DNA of 64,000 nucleotides, taken from assembly GCA_020137815.1 (NCBI GenBank), contig CM035360.1, positions 2,046,001 through 2,110,000 of the forward strand, in the 5' to 3' direction. Shown here one piece after another: positions 21,721 through 33,859 of this stretch. This stretch comes from Hormiphora californensis (lineage: Eukaryota; Animalia; Ctenophora). A program made the position numbers and the translations under genes. Numbering within the stretch: position 1 is the stretch's first letter; each line of letters begins with the position of its first letter. The notes below the pieces were generated by a model. That model was not told where the DNA came from, did not search any database, and worked only from the letters and a program-made list of their open reading frames with translations.

Positions 21721-22675
21721 GACATGGTGGTTGAAGTGAGAGTGACAGGTAGGAGTTAATCGAACACTCTCGACGTATTACACTCCCCTAAAAAGTTACA
21801 TCTCCTCGAATCCTTAATCCATTAATGTCAAGTGCAGTCCACCTTGATTTTACTAGACTTCTTTTTGAAGGTGCATTCTTTTCGTCTAAGTCAAAAGGGG
21901 TGAATTGGCTAACGGCTTCTGAAAGTCGTATCCGGGCAACGGGTTGCAGAAACAGAAGATGAAGTCTCCCTGTCCGAGGATCAATGTTCAATACAATATT
22001 CTGACTATCTGGAGGGCGCGGCGACATTATCTCGGGAACATGTGAAGGCGCGCGCGCAATGAGAACTCTTTCCACGCGCTTTCATTCGAGAGGGGCTGCG
22101 AGAATTGCAAATGAACTCTTCGATCCGATCTTGGGGGCGATAAGTTCCGAGTTGACATGACATTGTCGATCAAGAACTGATAGTGGGAAGTGCGATATCT
22201 CATTATTTCTGATCAGATCTTGGGGGGGGGGGGAATTGATTGAAATGATACATTTTTATCTGTCTTTTTTGCCATAGATATTAAGTTGTCATATCTCTGA
22301 TCTCTGATATATAATAGAGATATGACTTCATCTCACGGTATACAACATAATCAAATTCATCAATATGATCTATATTCGGGGCCCACTCCTTAATTGTCTG
22401 GGCTCATCATGTGAACATGTGATCTTACTTCTTAGATCGGTCTTGATATGTTCCCTCTAGACTCCCTATCCCAGTCTGTCGGCTCTTACACCGCGATACG
22501 TCATCAAAGACAGCCTACATACGGCCAGATCCATCTAGATATCACAACCCCAATACATGCGTCACGCATGATGCGTGGGTTACCTATTACCTAAATTAAG
22601 GCTGTGTTTGTCTGAATTTTGGGCTGTGGTGAAGTTGACAGCACTTGTTACTCAACCACCAGTTCTACATATCAA

Positions 22676-22756
<81 letters not shown>

Positions 22757-22865
22757 CCACGTGACAGTGTAGTGTTACAACATGCACACCCGATAAGACT
22801 TCCCTCCTTTCACTATAATCTAAGAGCTCTGCTATACTTTGATATATCTATTTTCAAATGCGCAG

Positions 22866-25800
22866 GATCTTCAATAAATTTGTATCTAGTTCCTCCTCCT
22901 CAAAACCCGATCACGGTGTTCCCAACAAGACCTCAAGTACTGCACCATCCGCGTTGAACGGTATTATAGATGTGGGACAAGGTACTGAGCTGCAATACCA
23001 CTATTCACTAATACAGTAGTACCTGTTGTTGGCCCGTTTTTGTTATTTTTATACTTTTTGGATCAGATATATACCTGATCATATAACCAGGAACCGACCG
23101 AATCAGGAAATACTGGTTCCTGATTGGCCGATAACCAGTCACGTGACCTAAATAATGAGTTCTGATTGGTTGTTTACTTGTTTCGGTCGGTTCCTGATTG
23201 ATTGTACCCAAACTTTAGTTTTGGTTTAACTTTAGTCTGATTTTACACAACGTAACCCGTACCCTTTCAGATGCCACATCGCCTACTAAAAAGCCTGCCC
23301 TAACGAATGCTGTAAAATGTGTTGAATATACTGATACATCACAACCGGGGAAAGGTGAGAAAACTGATTTAGAAATTGTAGTAGGGGGATGGAATACCGG
23401 CAATCTCGAATAGTACAAATATGTAGATGGAAGCACGCCTGGTTCAGAACTAGAATAGTGAACAATTTTTACAAATAAATAGGAACTCGAGTTAGATACC
23501 ACGAAAAATAGCCTTAAAACTACACAAAAAACTAACAAGAACACTAACAAGAACACAATAGCGGGGAGTTATCCCATATTAGGGGTTATCTCTCCCGCCC
23601 TCTCTGATCTTTATTGACCCACTCCTTCTTTTGGTCCCTCCCCATTTTTCCCAGTGGTTTTGTGACTGTTTTAGCTGTTTTGTTCTTGGTGTGTTTCTTG
23701 GGGTCATTCAGTATTCACGAAAGATGTCAGCAGGAATTGTCACTTTTTGACCCCCCCCCCCCTGGCCTGAGCCGTAATTGATTAATAATATGTTTTTTCT
23801 CTCCCCCCAGACCAACCCAAGACAATATCAACGTCTAGTTTGAATGGATTTGCAGACCCGGTCAAACTGAAAGAACAGATCACTCTGATCCCCCTGAATG
23901 TCTACAGGTATAGGTTCGTACCCCTGATTATATGTGTGATTATACATGTGATTATACGTGTGATTATACATGTGATTATACATGTGATTATAATACATGC
24001 TGATTATACGTGTGCTGATTTGTGCATGTAAAATATGCAGAACTGATTTGTTCTGATTTCAAATTATCTATTTTCTCCTTGAGATCTGACAGAAATTGTA
24101 ATATAATAATAATAATAATATCTATAACTCCTTCTCGAGATCTGATGGTTAATTTCTCGTTTCAGTGATAGTGACGAGAGTGATATCGAGACGACAACCA
24201 ATGATCCAGATATTAATGATTACAGTAAAGCACGGGCCGTCATCCCGTCCTCTAAAACAGGTATTTAAATTCGGAGCAGGGACTCGACACCTAGCCTATC
24301 CCCTGCCTTCTAGGAGAAACTCGGGCTCGTGCTCTCTACTACTCTGTATTAGCGGCCAACGGAGATACTATGCCCCATTTTGGGTTGCTTATTCAACCTT
24401 CTCTCCTTCTAACAGCTCTCTCTTCACCTAGCACATCTCTCTATTGATGATGATACCCTGACGGACACACAAAGGAAGCTGTTGAGGCGGGACACTCTGA
24501 ATAGGATGCTGAAAAACAGACCCAACGTGGATGAGCTGGTTCAGAGGAACATTATTGTCAGTAAGTGTTATAGTGGTGAGGGTGAGTCGAGTTCTACAAA
24601 TACACATTTGGGTGACAAGTCCCACTTTTACTGAAGCAGTTGTTATGCATGCTTTAACATGTGTTACTGTTACCCACGTGACTGGATCAAAAATTGGCCC
24701 ACCATGGTAGGGGTGGTTTTGAAAGTGCACTTTCAAAACCACCCCTACATGCCTGTCCCCGGCCACCCCACCCTGTACCACTGTCCCCCCCCCCCCCCCC
24801 GCCACCCCGATGGCACCAAACCCACATTCCTGGTGATCTATAAATGGAGCCCTACAAGTACCTAGCTTTATATCATGAGTCATATATGCCTCGTCTAAAA
24901 CATGGCTTCATGCATGTGTACTTTATTGGCGGATTACACATGTCTGGATAGATCAGCTGTTCCTCTTCTGATTAATCCGAAACACCCATTTTATCTACAC
25001 AATCATATTATATCACTAATCACTGTCTACTTTAGTTGTCGAGATATTTCCATGATGCAATATAACTCCTGTCGTGTGAGCATATTGAACCCAACCTCTC
25101 ATTCCCCCACAGACCAAACTGAAGAGGAACGACAGTCGAAAATGCAGAAGTTAGAGAATAGTCTCCAACGAAGGCTGAGTTGTCGGCCTACTTATGAAGA
25201 ACTAAAACAGAAGAACATTATCCCCAGTTCAAATGGCTCTGATAGGGAGAGACTCAAGTCAGATTTATCAACCAGGGTAGGTTTTGTCTCATATAAGACC
25301 CGCGTAGCGAGATTCTCGCCGAGAAGGTTGCGCGATGTACAGTCAGTGTGTGACAAGGTAGGTTCAATTGTTTTCTTCCGTCTTTCAATTATCTAATATT
25401 CTAATCATTGAATTCCCCCAAAAATGACCAAACATTTTCTGAACACCGCAGTCGAGAAGGTTACTTATTTCCCTTCCAATGAAAGGAAATTGCTCCCTCC
25501 ATTCTTGTCTGTTTAAAACTCGAGTATAAAACTATTAACAAACTCTCTCTTAGATCTATAATCCAACTACAAAACTAACTACATTTCTCTGCAGCTATCT
25601 CGTCGGCCCACTATAAAGGAGTTACAAACCCGGAACATTCTTCAATTCATTGACCTAGTTGAGGTGCTTGATGTAGATCTAGAGGATAGACAGGCAGATA
25701 AACCCTGGACGAGGCTAACTGCCGAGGACAAGGCCAGGATACGACAGGTATGTAGTTGGATTTTGGTTGTTATACCTGGCTTCAACGGATCGATCAGTGA

Positions 25801-25950
25801 TCGGATCACTCCAACTTCACCTTGAAGTTGGTGTTGCATAAAAAACGAATTATAAAACTGAACATCCTGCAGGAACTGAACGAGTACAAGAGTACAGAGA
25901 TGGAGGTTCACGAAGAATCACGACATCGTACACGCTTCCACAGACCCTGA
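22866..25950 (+). CDS. PHACTR: Phosphatase and actin regulator (RPEL-repeat, PP1-binding); 5' start uncertain
   Basis: Three C-terminal RPEL repeats ([48 protein letters not shown]) followed by [46 protein letters not shown], the diagnostic PHACTR C-terminus. Confidence 0.9.
23088..23196. mobile_element. 109-bp MITE, copy 1
   Basis: TIRs CAGGAACCGACCGAA/TTCGGTCGGTTCCTG. Near-identical copy at 26202-26310. Confidence 0.75.
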
Positions 25951-26201
25951 GGAACACTACATTGCACGTGCCACGTGTAAACCCGGGTTGTGTTGTTCCT
26001 GTTGTTCTGGTGGACATTGTCTGTTAGTGTGAGGCCATGGGGGTCAGGGTAAAGTACAGTGCTGCCCGTATATTGGTATATGTTACAGCGTGTAGTTGGC
26101 AATTTGGACAATTTGAGTACTGACCCTCCTTCGATTCGATAACTATATCAATCTCTCACGCAGAATATTCTGTTTCAATCGAAGGAGAGTTGGGTATGAA
26201 C

Positions 26202-26310
26202 CAGGAACCGACCGAATCAGGAAATACTGGTCCCTGATTGGCTGATAACCAGTCACGTGACCTAAATAACGAGTTCTCATTGGTTGTTTACTTGTTTCGG
26301 TCGGTTCCTG
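26202..26310. mobile_element. 109-bp MITE, copy 2
   Basis: Same TIRs and interior as 23088-23196. Confidence 0.75.
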
Positions 26311-27004
26311 CTCGATATATATCACCTGTGTGACGGTGTTTGTGAATTGTTATATTGTTGCTGTTAGTGTGTATATCATCTGTGTGTAGATTAACTTGTA
26401 TACTGTTTAGACTTAAATTATTTCTTTTTGGGACATTTGACATTTAACATGGTAGATAGTAATTGTGTTAATTTTAAAGCTTGGTACATTTGAAATTGAA
26501 AATTGATTCAATAATTGTAATTTTGGGGCTTCATGCGTTTTACATCACGCTTTTGTCAATAGATGAATGTGAAGCAAGATTTTAGGAATAATCTGTCAGA
26601 GCATTGGCCTGACCCATTCTCGTTTCTCTCAAATAAGGAGTGCACGAGAATTGTGGTCAGAGCATTGGCCTGACAGGGAATAATCAGTAATCACTCCGCA
26701 TACGATAACAACTTTAGATTATTTAATTTTAAGAACTCATTTACAATTTACATTTGATTTATTTTATTGGTTCGACTTAAATTAGAAAGAAGATTATTAG
26801 TTTTTACTGCCTTGGACTTGATGATAATCAATTGACAGGAGAAAATGCTTGAGCGGCCACATCTTCGCTAGCTATCATGGTGGCTAGAACTTGTTATGTT
26901 CTAACCCTCCCTTTACATTTGTAAAGGAAGGGTGCGGGGCGCCCGAAACACAGTCTAGCCAGGCAAGTGGGGACAATGAATTTGAAGTCTGGCAATATTT
27001 TGAC

Positions 27005-27830
27005 GGGGGGGGGGGGGCGGCTGAAGTTTTTGAAGTTTGAAGTTTTCCACCCTACTTTTTGAGTTTTTGAAGTTTTTGAAGTTGACTTCAAAAACTTCAA
27101 AAACTCTAAACTACTTTTTTATGCTATCAGTGACTATTATTACACTTGTTTAGGTTAGTTTCATGCTTAATACATATTGTGGCAAAGTTATCCGTACTTG
27201 TCTGCACTTTTTCTACCACAAATTAGGATATTTACAATGATTCCTAACCATGAAATCCATGACACAATTTGGTGTAAAAAATTTAAATTTTTTGTAAAAA
27301 CAGATTTTATTTTCATTCTATAACTCAAAATATTGCCTAGAAAATGCTAAGAAAGAGTTTAAAAATTATGAAGTAAATTTTCAAAATGTTTTTGGGGCCA
27401 CACCCTTTTTGTCAGTTTCACAAAATGCAAATTATTTATGAAGGGAGTAGTGAAAAAAATATGGTCACCAAAATCATCAGCGGCCTCGAGTTAGTGGGGG
27501 TACGTGCCAAAATGAAGTCTCCACCTCATCTAATTCGAGGGATAATGGGATATTTTCATAATTTTGTGTGTGCGCATGACTTTTTTTGGGCTAGACCAGT
27601 TTTAATGGTTTATGAGTGACTATAGGCTTTTTAAAGGGGTGCATCTTGTTCGGAATATGCAAGTTTATATAAGAGTTATGAAGCAACATAGGGCCTATCT
27701 CCAACGGTTTAGGAGATATGAGTTTTTGAAGTTTTTGAAGTTTTTGAAGTTTTCCACCCTAAGTTTCTCTTTGAAGTTTTTGAAGTTGACTTCAAAAACT
27801 TCAAAAACTTCAGCCGCCCCCCCCCCCCCC
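27005..27830. mobile_element. Non-autonomous element with poly-G/poly-C termini and 8-9 bp TSD (Mutator/Foldback-like)
   Basis: TIR G(n)CGGCTGAAGTTTTTGAAG with GAAGTTTTT subrepeats. TSD ATTTTGAC(G) at 26997 and 27831. Confidence 0.7.
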
Positions 27831-27919
27831 ATTTTGACGCGAGAGTGAACTTTCTGTGTATCAAATTGAAACAAGATCTACGAGAAAATCATTTGATTTT
27901 GTATGTAGTTCAAGTTGTA

Positions 27920-28171
27920 ACTAAAGTCGGATTTTTTGAAGTTGTCACCCCCTAGTAGGTGGCGCACAAGTTTTTATTTGCGTGTCGGAACCTTTTCGGA
28001 AGCTTGTTTTCGCTCTCACGCCTTTGTTTCTTGACCAATTTCGTCAAACCAAAGTTTTACGGACTCACAAAGTTATGCTCTTTCCGCTGACTATGCGGTT
28101 TTTGCCGAAAAGTGAGAGCAAGTGCCGCGTGTGAAAAGGGGGGTGACAACTTCAAAAAATCCGACTTTAGT
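27920..28171. mobile_element. MITE with ~33-bp TIRs
   Basis: ACTAAAGTCGGATTTTTTGAAGTTGTCACCCC is inverted at both ends. Confidence 0.65.
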
Positions 28172-28180
28172 ATTACTAAA

Positions 28181-28325
28181 GTCGGCGCCGCCAGACAGCT
28201 CAAGACCCTACAGTGCATTAACCATTAGCTGTGTACTTGTAGTGTGTTACTAATAGTAACACACTACAAGTACACAGCTAATGGTTAATGCACTGTAGGG
28301 TCTTGAGCTGTCTGGCGGCGCCGAC
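28181..28325. repeat. Perfect 145-bp palindrome (72-bp arms, 1-nt spacer)
   Basis: The arms are exact reverse complements as read. Confidence 0.9.
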
Positions 28326-29416
28326 CCGATCTGAGCGCACTCAACTTTGAGAATCAAACGGGGTCTGACGTCGACAGACATGTCTTGAATTGAGCCAGTG
28401 AGAGAAATCCTCAGGACATTTCATTGAATTTCAAGTTCCAGTTTCACTTTCAGCGCAGGAAATTTCAATTTGAAATGTCCTCAAAGTGAAACTGGAACTA
28501 CCAGTGGAAGATGGAAGCCGTTCAATTGGGCTCATTTGATGTACCCATCATGCAGGATCGCAGGTATTACTAGCCATGTTTGTGTCCAATTAAATTTAGA
28601 TGGGACATAACCAGTGCAGTCATGTTGAGTAAGGGCGGGTGACGCTTGTTGAGTAACCCCTTGAGTTTGGTGACATAGTCACCTGGCCAGGTGTCTATGT
28701 CACCAACCCTTAAGTAACACCTTACTCAACAAGGTGACGCATTGATCGTGGGATTACTAATTGTGACTATATAAATATAATTACTATTGTGTGTAACAAA
28801 TTCTTAAAAACCTCTTATTAATGAGATAGTGTGTTTTAATTTTCTTGTGACAATGGTAATGGTATCCACATACTGATGGTAGTACTTGAGGCCGAGGGTA
28901 GATCAGGATTACGGGGGCCCGGATGAGATGCCCCAAATTACTGTGCACCTCGATTAACCGTCTCCGACGAAGTTGGCAGCTTCGCTGCCAAGCCGACGCC
29001 CGACAGTGATCGGGATCCAATCTCAACCTACTAGTGGCGGTGCGCTCAGATCGGGTCGGCGCCCGCAAGACAGATCTCAACGCACCGTCGAGAAATCTGT
29101 CTGGCGCCGTAGACCGGGGGGGTCGTCATGTTAATTTTGTTAATGTTTTGTTAATTAACAAACGACCCTTGGTGAAACATTAACAAAATTAACAAAATTA
29201 ACAAAATTAACAAAAATCGCGTTTTAGATGTTTTCAGTCGGTTTATAGTTGTTTTATGTGTTTTTAGGTGTGTTTAGGTGTTTCTATCATCTCCCATGGC
29301 AGATATTTCATAGCTAGGATAATTATTTGGATTTCATCATAGGTTTTGAGGCAAGAAAAGGGTCATTATAACAAAGGAGGGGTATACGAGTAAAGAACAC
29401 CAGTTTAATGTATAAA

Positions 29417-30758
29417 TAGTGCGGTAATATGACGAAATTTTTTCGGCATAATCGTTCTAAAGCTAATTCCACTTCTAGGATACTCTATAGGGTCCCTAGA
29501 AACAACCCCTGAAGTTGTCGCAAGATCGGCGATAAAGAACTTGCATTAGTTGGGCCTAATTGGTTACAGGGTGTTTTCAGCCAAAACCATAAATACCCTT
29601 AAAATAGGAGTAGAGACAAAACCGAGGGCACTAAAGTGATCAGCGTCCTCGCATTAGTGGGGGTAGGTGCTGGAATTAAGTCTCTATCTCATCTGGTTAA
29701 TTAGATAATTGGATAATCAGCTCTGTACATAGCCGTTTTTGGCCATATTGGCTATAGCCATGTTAGGAAAGGAGTAGAGACAAAACCGAGGGCACTAAAA
29801 TGGTCAGCGTCCTCGCATTAGTGGGGGTAGGTGCTGGAATTAAGTCTCTATCTCATTTGGTTAGATCTGCACATAGCCGTTTTCGGCCATATGGCTATAG
29901 CCACTTAGGAATGGTTTAGAGACATTTCACTGGTGCCATCTTGTAGACAATGGCCAAGTTGTGGGGGGTCGACGTCGGACTTTTAAGCTCTATCTCCAAC
30001 CGTTTAGCCGTTATTTGGTTTTTAAGGTGCTCAAAATCGGGCTTTTTACCGTTTTTTGCTCATTTTGAGCACCTTTAAAGCCAAATAACGGCTAAACGGT
30101 TGGAGATAGAGCTTAAAAGTCCGACGTCGACCCCCCATAACTTGGCCATTGTCTACAAGATGGCACCAGTGAAATGTCTCTAAACCATTCCTAAGTGGCT
30201 ATAGCCATATGGCCGAAAACGGCTGTGCAGATCTAATTATCCAATTAACTAATTAACCAAATGAGATAGAGACTTAATTCCAGCACCTACCCCCACTAAT
30301 GCGAGGACGCTGACCACTTTAGTGCCCTCGGTTTTGTCTCTACTCCTTTCCTAACATGGCTATAGCCATATGGCCAAAAACGGCCATGGGCAGAGCTAAT
30401 TATCCAATTATCTAATTAACCAGATGAGATAGAGACTTAATTCCAGCACCTACCCCCACTAATGCGAGGACGCTGATCACTTTAGTGCCCTCGGTTTTTT
30501 CTCTACTCCTATTTTAAGGGCACTTTTGGTTACGAAGTCACCCCTATTATTGCAGAGGGGGAATTTCATTACCAAAGGGCACTTATGGTTTTGGCTGAAA
30601 GCACCCTGTAACCAATTAGGCCCAATTAAGGCAAGTTCTTCATCGCCGATCTTGCGACAACTTCAGGGGTTGATTCTAGGGACCCTATAAGGTACCCTAG
30701 AAGTGGAATTAGCTTTAGAACGATTATGCCGAAAAATGTTCGTCATATTACCGCACTA
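29417..30758. mobile_element. 1.34 kb foldback element, copy 3, with a mirrored internal duplication
   Basis: Termini TAGTGCGGTAATATGACGA/TCGTCATATTACCGCACTA and the same core as copies 1-2. No matching TSD found. Confidence 0.75.
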
Positions 30759-31342
30759 GTGGCGGGTCAAAAAAAATTTCACAAAAAAATTCAAAAAAAT
30801 TTTTGGGGGAAAATCCTGCCACTAAATCGGGGGCCCTTAAATCGGGGTCCGACTGTATATATATATATCAGTGTTGATTGGATGGGTAGTACGTATAATA
30901 TTGTCAAAAATAACGCAAATGATCTATTAAAGCGGGATTAAAAGCTTCAAAAAGACTTAAAAAAGCTTCTTTTTTGTTAATAATGTTAATAATGTTAATA
31001 GACCCCATCTGAATTGGGATCTGGCGCCGACATAGAGCGAGAAATCGAATCAAAAGAATGCGGCTGGTACTCCCGTGCCTGTAGGCGTTTCTCTCTGTTT
31101 GTAGGAGGATTTAAAGAAGCTGGCATAATTCCTGCCTGGCACGGGCCTCGACCCCTTCTTTCAGGACGGAACTGATACACGTGCGCGTGCTAGACAGGCC
31201 ATCACCGCGGTGCACCGGCTTATAAACCCTGGTCATGTGCACTCAAAACAATTGGTTCCCTGTCTGGCAGCGGAGACCCGAGCTGAGCGCACTGTCAGAC
31301 CCCGTTTTGATTCTCGGGTCGGCGCCACCAAACTGAAGCAGT

Positions 31343-31584
31343 TGGTAGGGTAGCGACTGGCTATTTGAAATGGCGGCTGATTTGAAAAACCCTCTCTCCA
31401 GGCCAGCAGGACGCAGGTGCACCAGATTTGGATTTTTAGACATCAGTGGGCTAGTCAGAACTCATGCCAAGCCCACTGATGTCTAAAATCCAAATCTGGT
31501 ATACCTGCTGGCCTGTAGGCTGTAGAGGGGGTGTTTCAAATTGAAATAAGCCGCCATTTCAAACAGCCAGTCGCTACCCTACCA
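31343..31584. mobile_element. ~240-bp palindromic MITE
   Basis: TGGTAGGGTAGCGACTGGCT...AGCCAGTCGCTACCCTACCA with long inner arms. Confidence 0.7.
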
Positions 31585-31956
31585 TCGCAACCTCTCTGCT
31601 TCGCGCGAGGTGTCAATGCCACCAAAGCAAACAGTACACCACATCTGCCAGCCTTTAATTCCGATTAACAAAGTTTCAAACATGGTATCTCAATTTGGTG
31701 AAGTAAGAAGGTCAAATTAAATTTACATAAACGCTTGTCACAATTTCTAAAAAACCTACAAGCAGCTCATGAACTCACTCAGCGAGACATTGTACATGAT
31801 ATATGCGCCAACTTCAAAATATATTTAGTTCAAATTAACATCACGTATAAACTCGATATATCAAACAAAACCAACAAATTGTCTTTGGTTTGGTCCGTTT
31901 GGCCCTTCTGAGACTGATTGATCAGATGATACAATGTTCAATAGGCTGCCCGTGGG

Positions 31957-33790
31957 TTAGCGTAACGATGGAGCGCTGTTTTCTTCTTCTTCTTTTGTCC
32001 TCCAGTAGGTCCACTCAGATCTGAGAGGGCCCTGTCCTGTAGCCGAGGTGTACTGATGGGCTGTCCTGTGTGAAAAAATGGGAAACGTTAGAAAAAATTA
32101 GGAAAACAGAAACATGTTTGTACAAATTGTCAGCAGGGAGCAGCAGGGATCTAATTAAAAAACTATCTAAACACCCACACACGGCATGAACGAATAAATA
32201 GTCTCAGTCTGGCCCCTGGACTGCCAAAAAGCCAGTAATAAACTTGGTTGGTTGGTTGGTGAACAGTAATTGTCTTACCTGTTATTTCTGATTTGATGTG
32301 TTCAATCAGGAATTGTTTGTCCACGTGTTCCACTTTAATCTGATGTCGTAATAGCTTGATAGTGAGCTGGCGGGAAGCAGCTAGGCTCCTGGAAAAAGGG
32401 GAGGGGGTCAAGCATGGGGGGGGGGGGTCAAGCATTGGCAATAAATTAACAACAAGCAAACATACACGGGTCACGGGGTGACACAAATCATAGCTGCTAT
32501 GAAATAGCTGCATAACATTATGACAAAACTTGAAAAACTCTGACTGTGTATTAGTCAGACCGCGATTTGCCGGGATGCTCGGGGAAAGGGGTTAGTGGAG
32601 CCCGCCGCCCGGTAAAATGGGGTCCAACTTTGTCTATTTACCCTGTCAGGCCAATGCTCTGACAGTTACCCTGTCAGGCCAATGCTCTGACAGTATTTAC
32701 CTGAAATAATAGATGACCAGAAGTACAATAACGATTCCTGACACCACCACTGCAGTCATCCTCAGATTGTCATAAATATACACCTTGAATTCCTTGGAGT
32801 TATCAATCATCCAGTCGAAGGGCTCCGTGAAACTATCCATTTCTGGGGGGGGGGGGGGGTATTTTTCAAGTTCGGGGGGGGGGGGGGGGGATGATGAGAA
32901 CCTTTCAATTTCTTTGGGAGGGTGGTTGTGAAACTATCAAGTTCTTGGGAGAGGGTTGATTTGATTTGATAAGAGCGGTTGCCATGGGCGAGAACCCCTG
33001 TTGGGGACCCTACACATGAAGGTCAGTGAGGCCTCCCTCATGAGGGAGTGATATAATACCGCGGTAGTAAGTAAAGAGCGGTGTACCATGATATATGGGT
33101 AGTTAATTAACTAACTAATTACCTCTAAACGGTCCACATTCGGCACTAGGGGTGAAGGAGAACACGACCCGGCCCAAAAATACAAAAATGAAAATGAGAG
33201 AGACGAGGAATACTGCGTTCACCATGCTACTACTCGAACTGTTCAGTACAACTTTCTCGGGAGGTCGGAGGTTTACCAGAGCACTCGTCTTTTTTAGGTA
33301 GAATATCAATATCACCTGTAGGGGTATATCGATATTATCTTAGAGGGATGGAGCTCACTGCTCAGGGGGGGGAGAGAGAAAGGGCAGGCATCGAAGTTCT
33401 ATCCGGAGTCCGGAGACCTACCTCTATGACTGCTACACAGGACATGAGAGGGGCGAAGAAGAGAGCGGACCAGAATATCATCTGTTTGTAACAAAGATCC
33501 AGAATTTCTTTTGGGATGTTGAATTCAGGCTGCTGGATCCTATCTCTGAACCTACAAGGAATGATTTTCAATAGATCTTATCCCTCGATTGAAATTTGAA
33601 GAGAATCCAATCGTTTTTTGTAACCCTCCTGTTACCTAGTCGAATGGGTTCACAAATTATGGGTAGAATTACAAAGTAACGGCAGGTCAATAAACCTTGA
33701 TTTTTGTAACCCCGGCCCTGTTATCTAGTTACGCAGTTTTGACTTCCACCCTAGCCCTCTTACCATTTACCTCCCCCTCTCTCGATCTAT

Positions 33791-33859
<69 letters not shown>

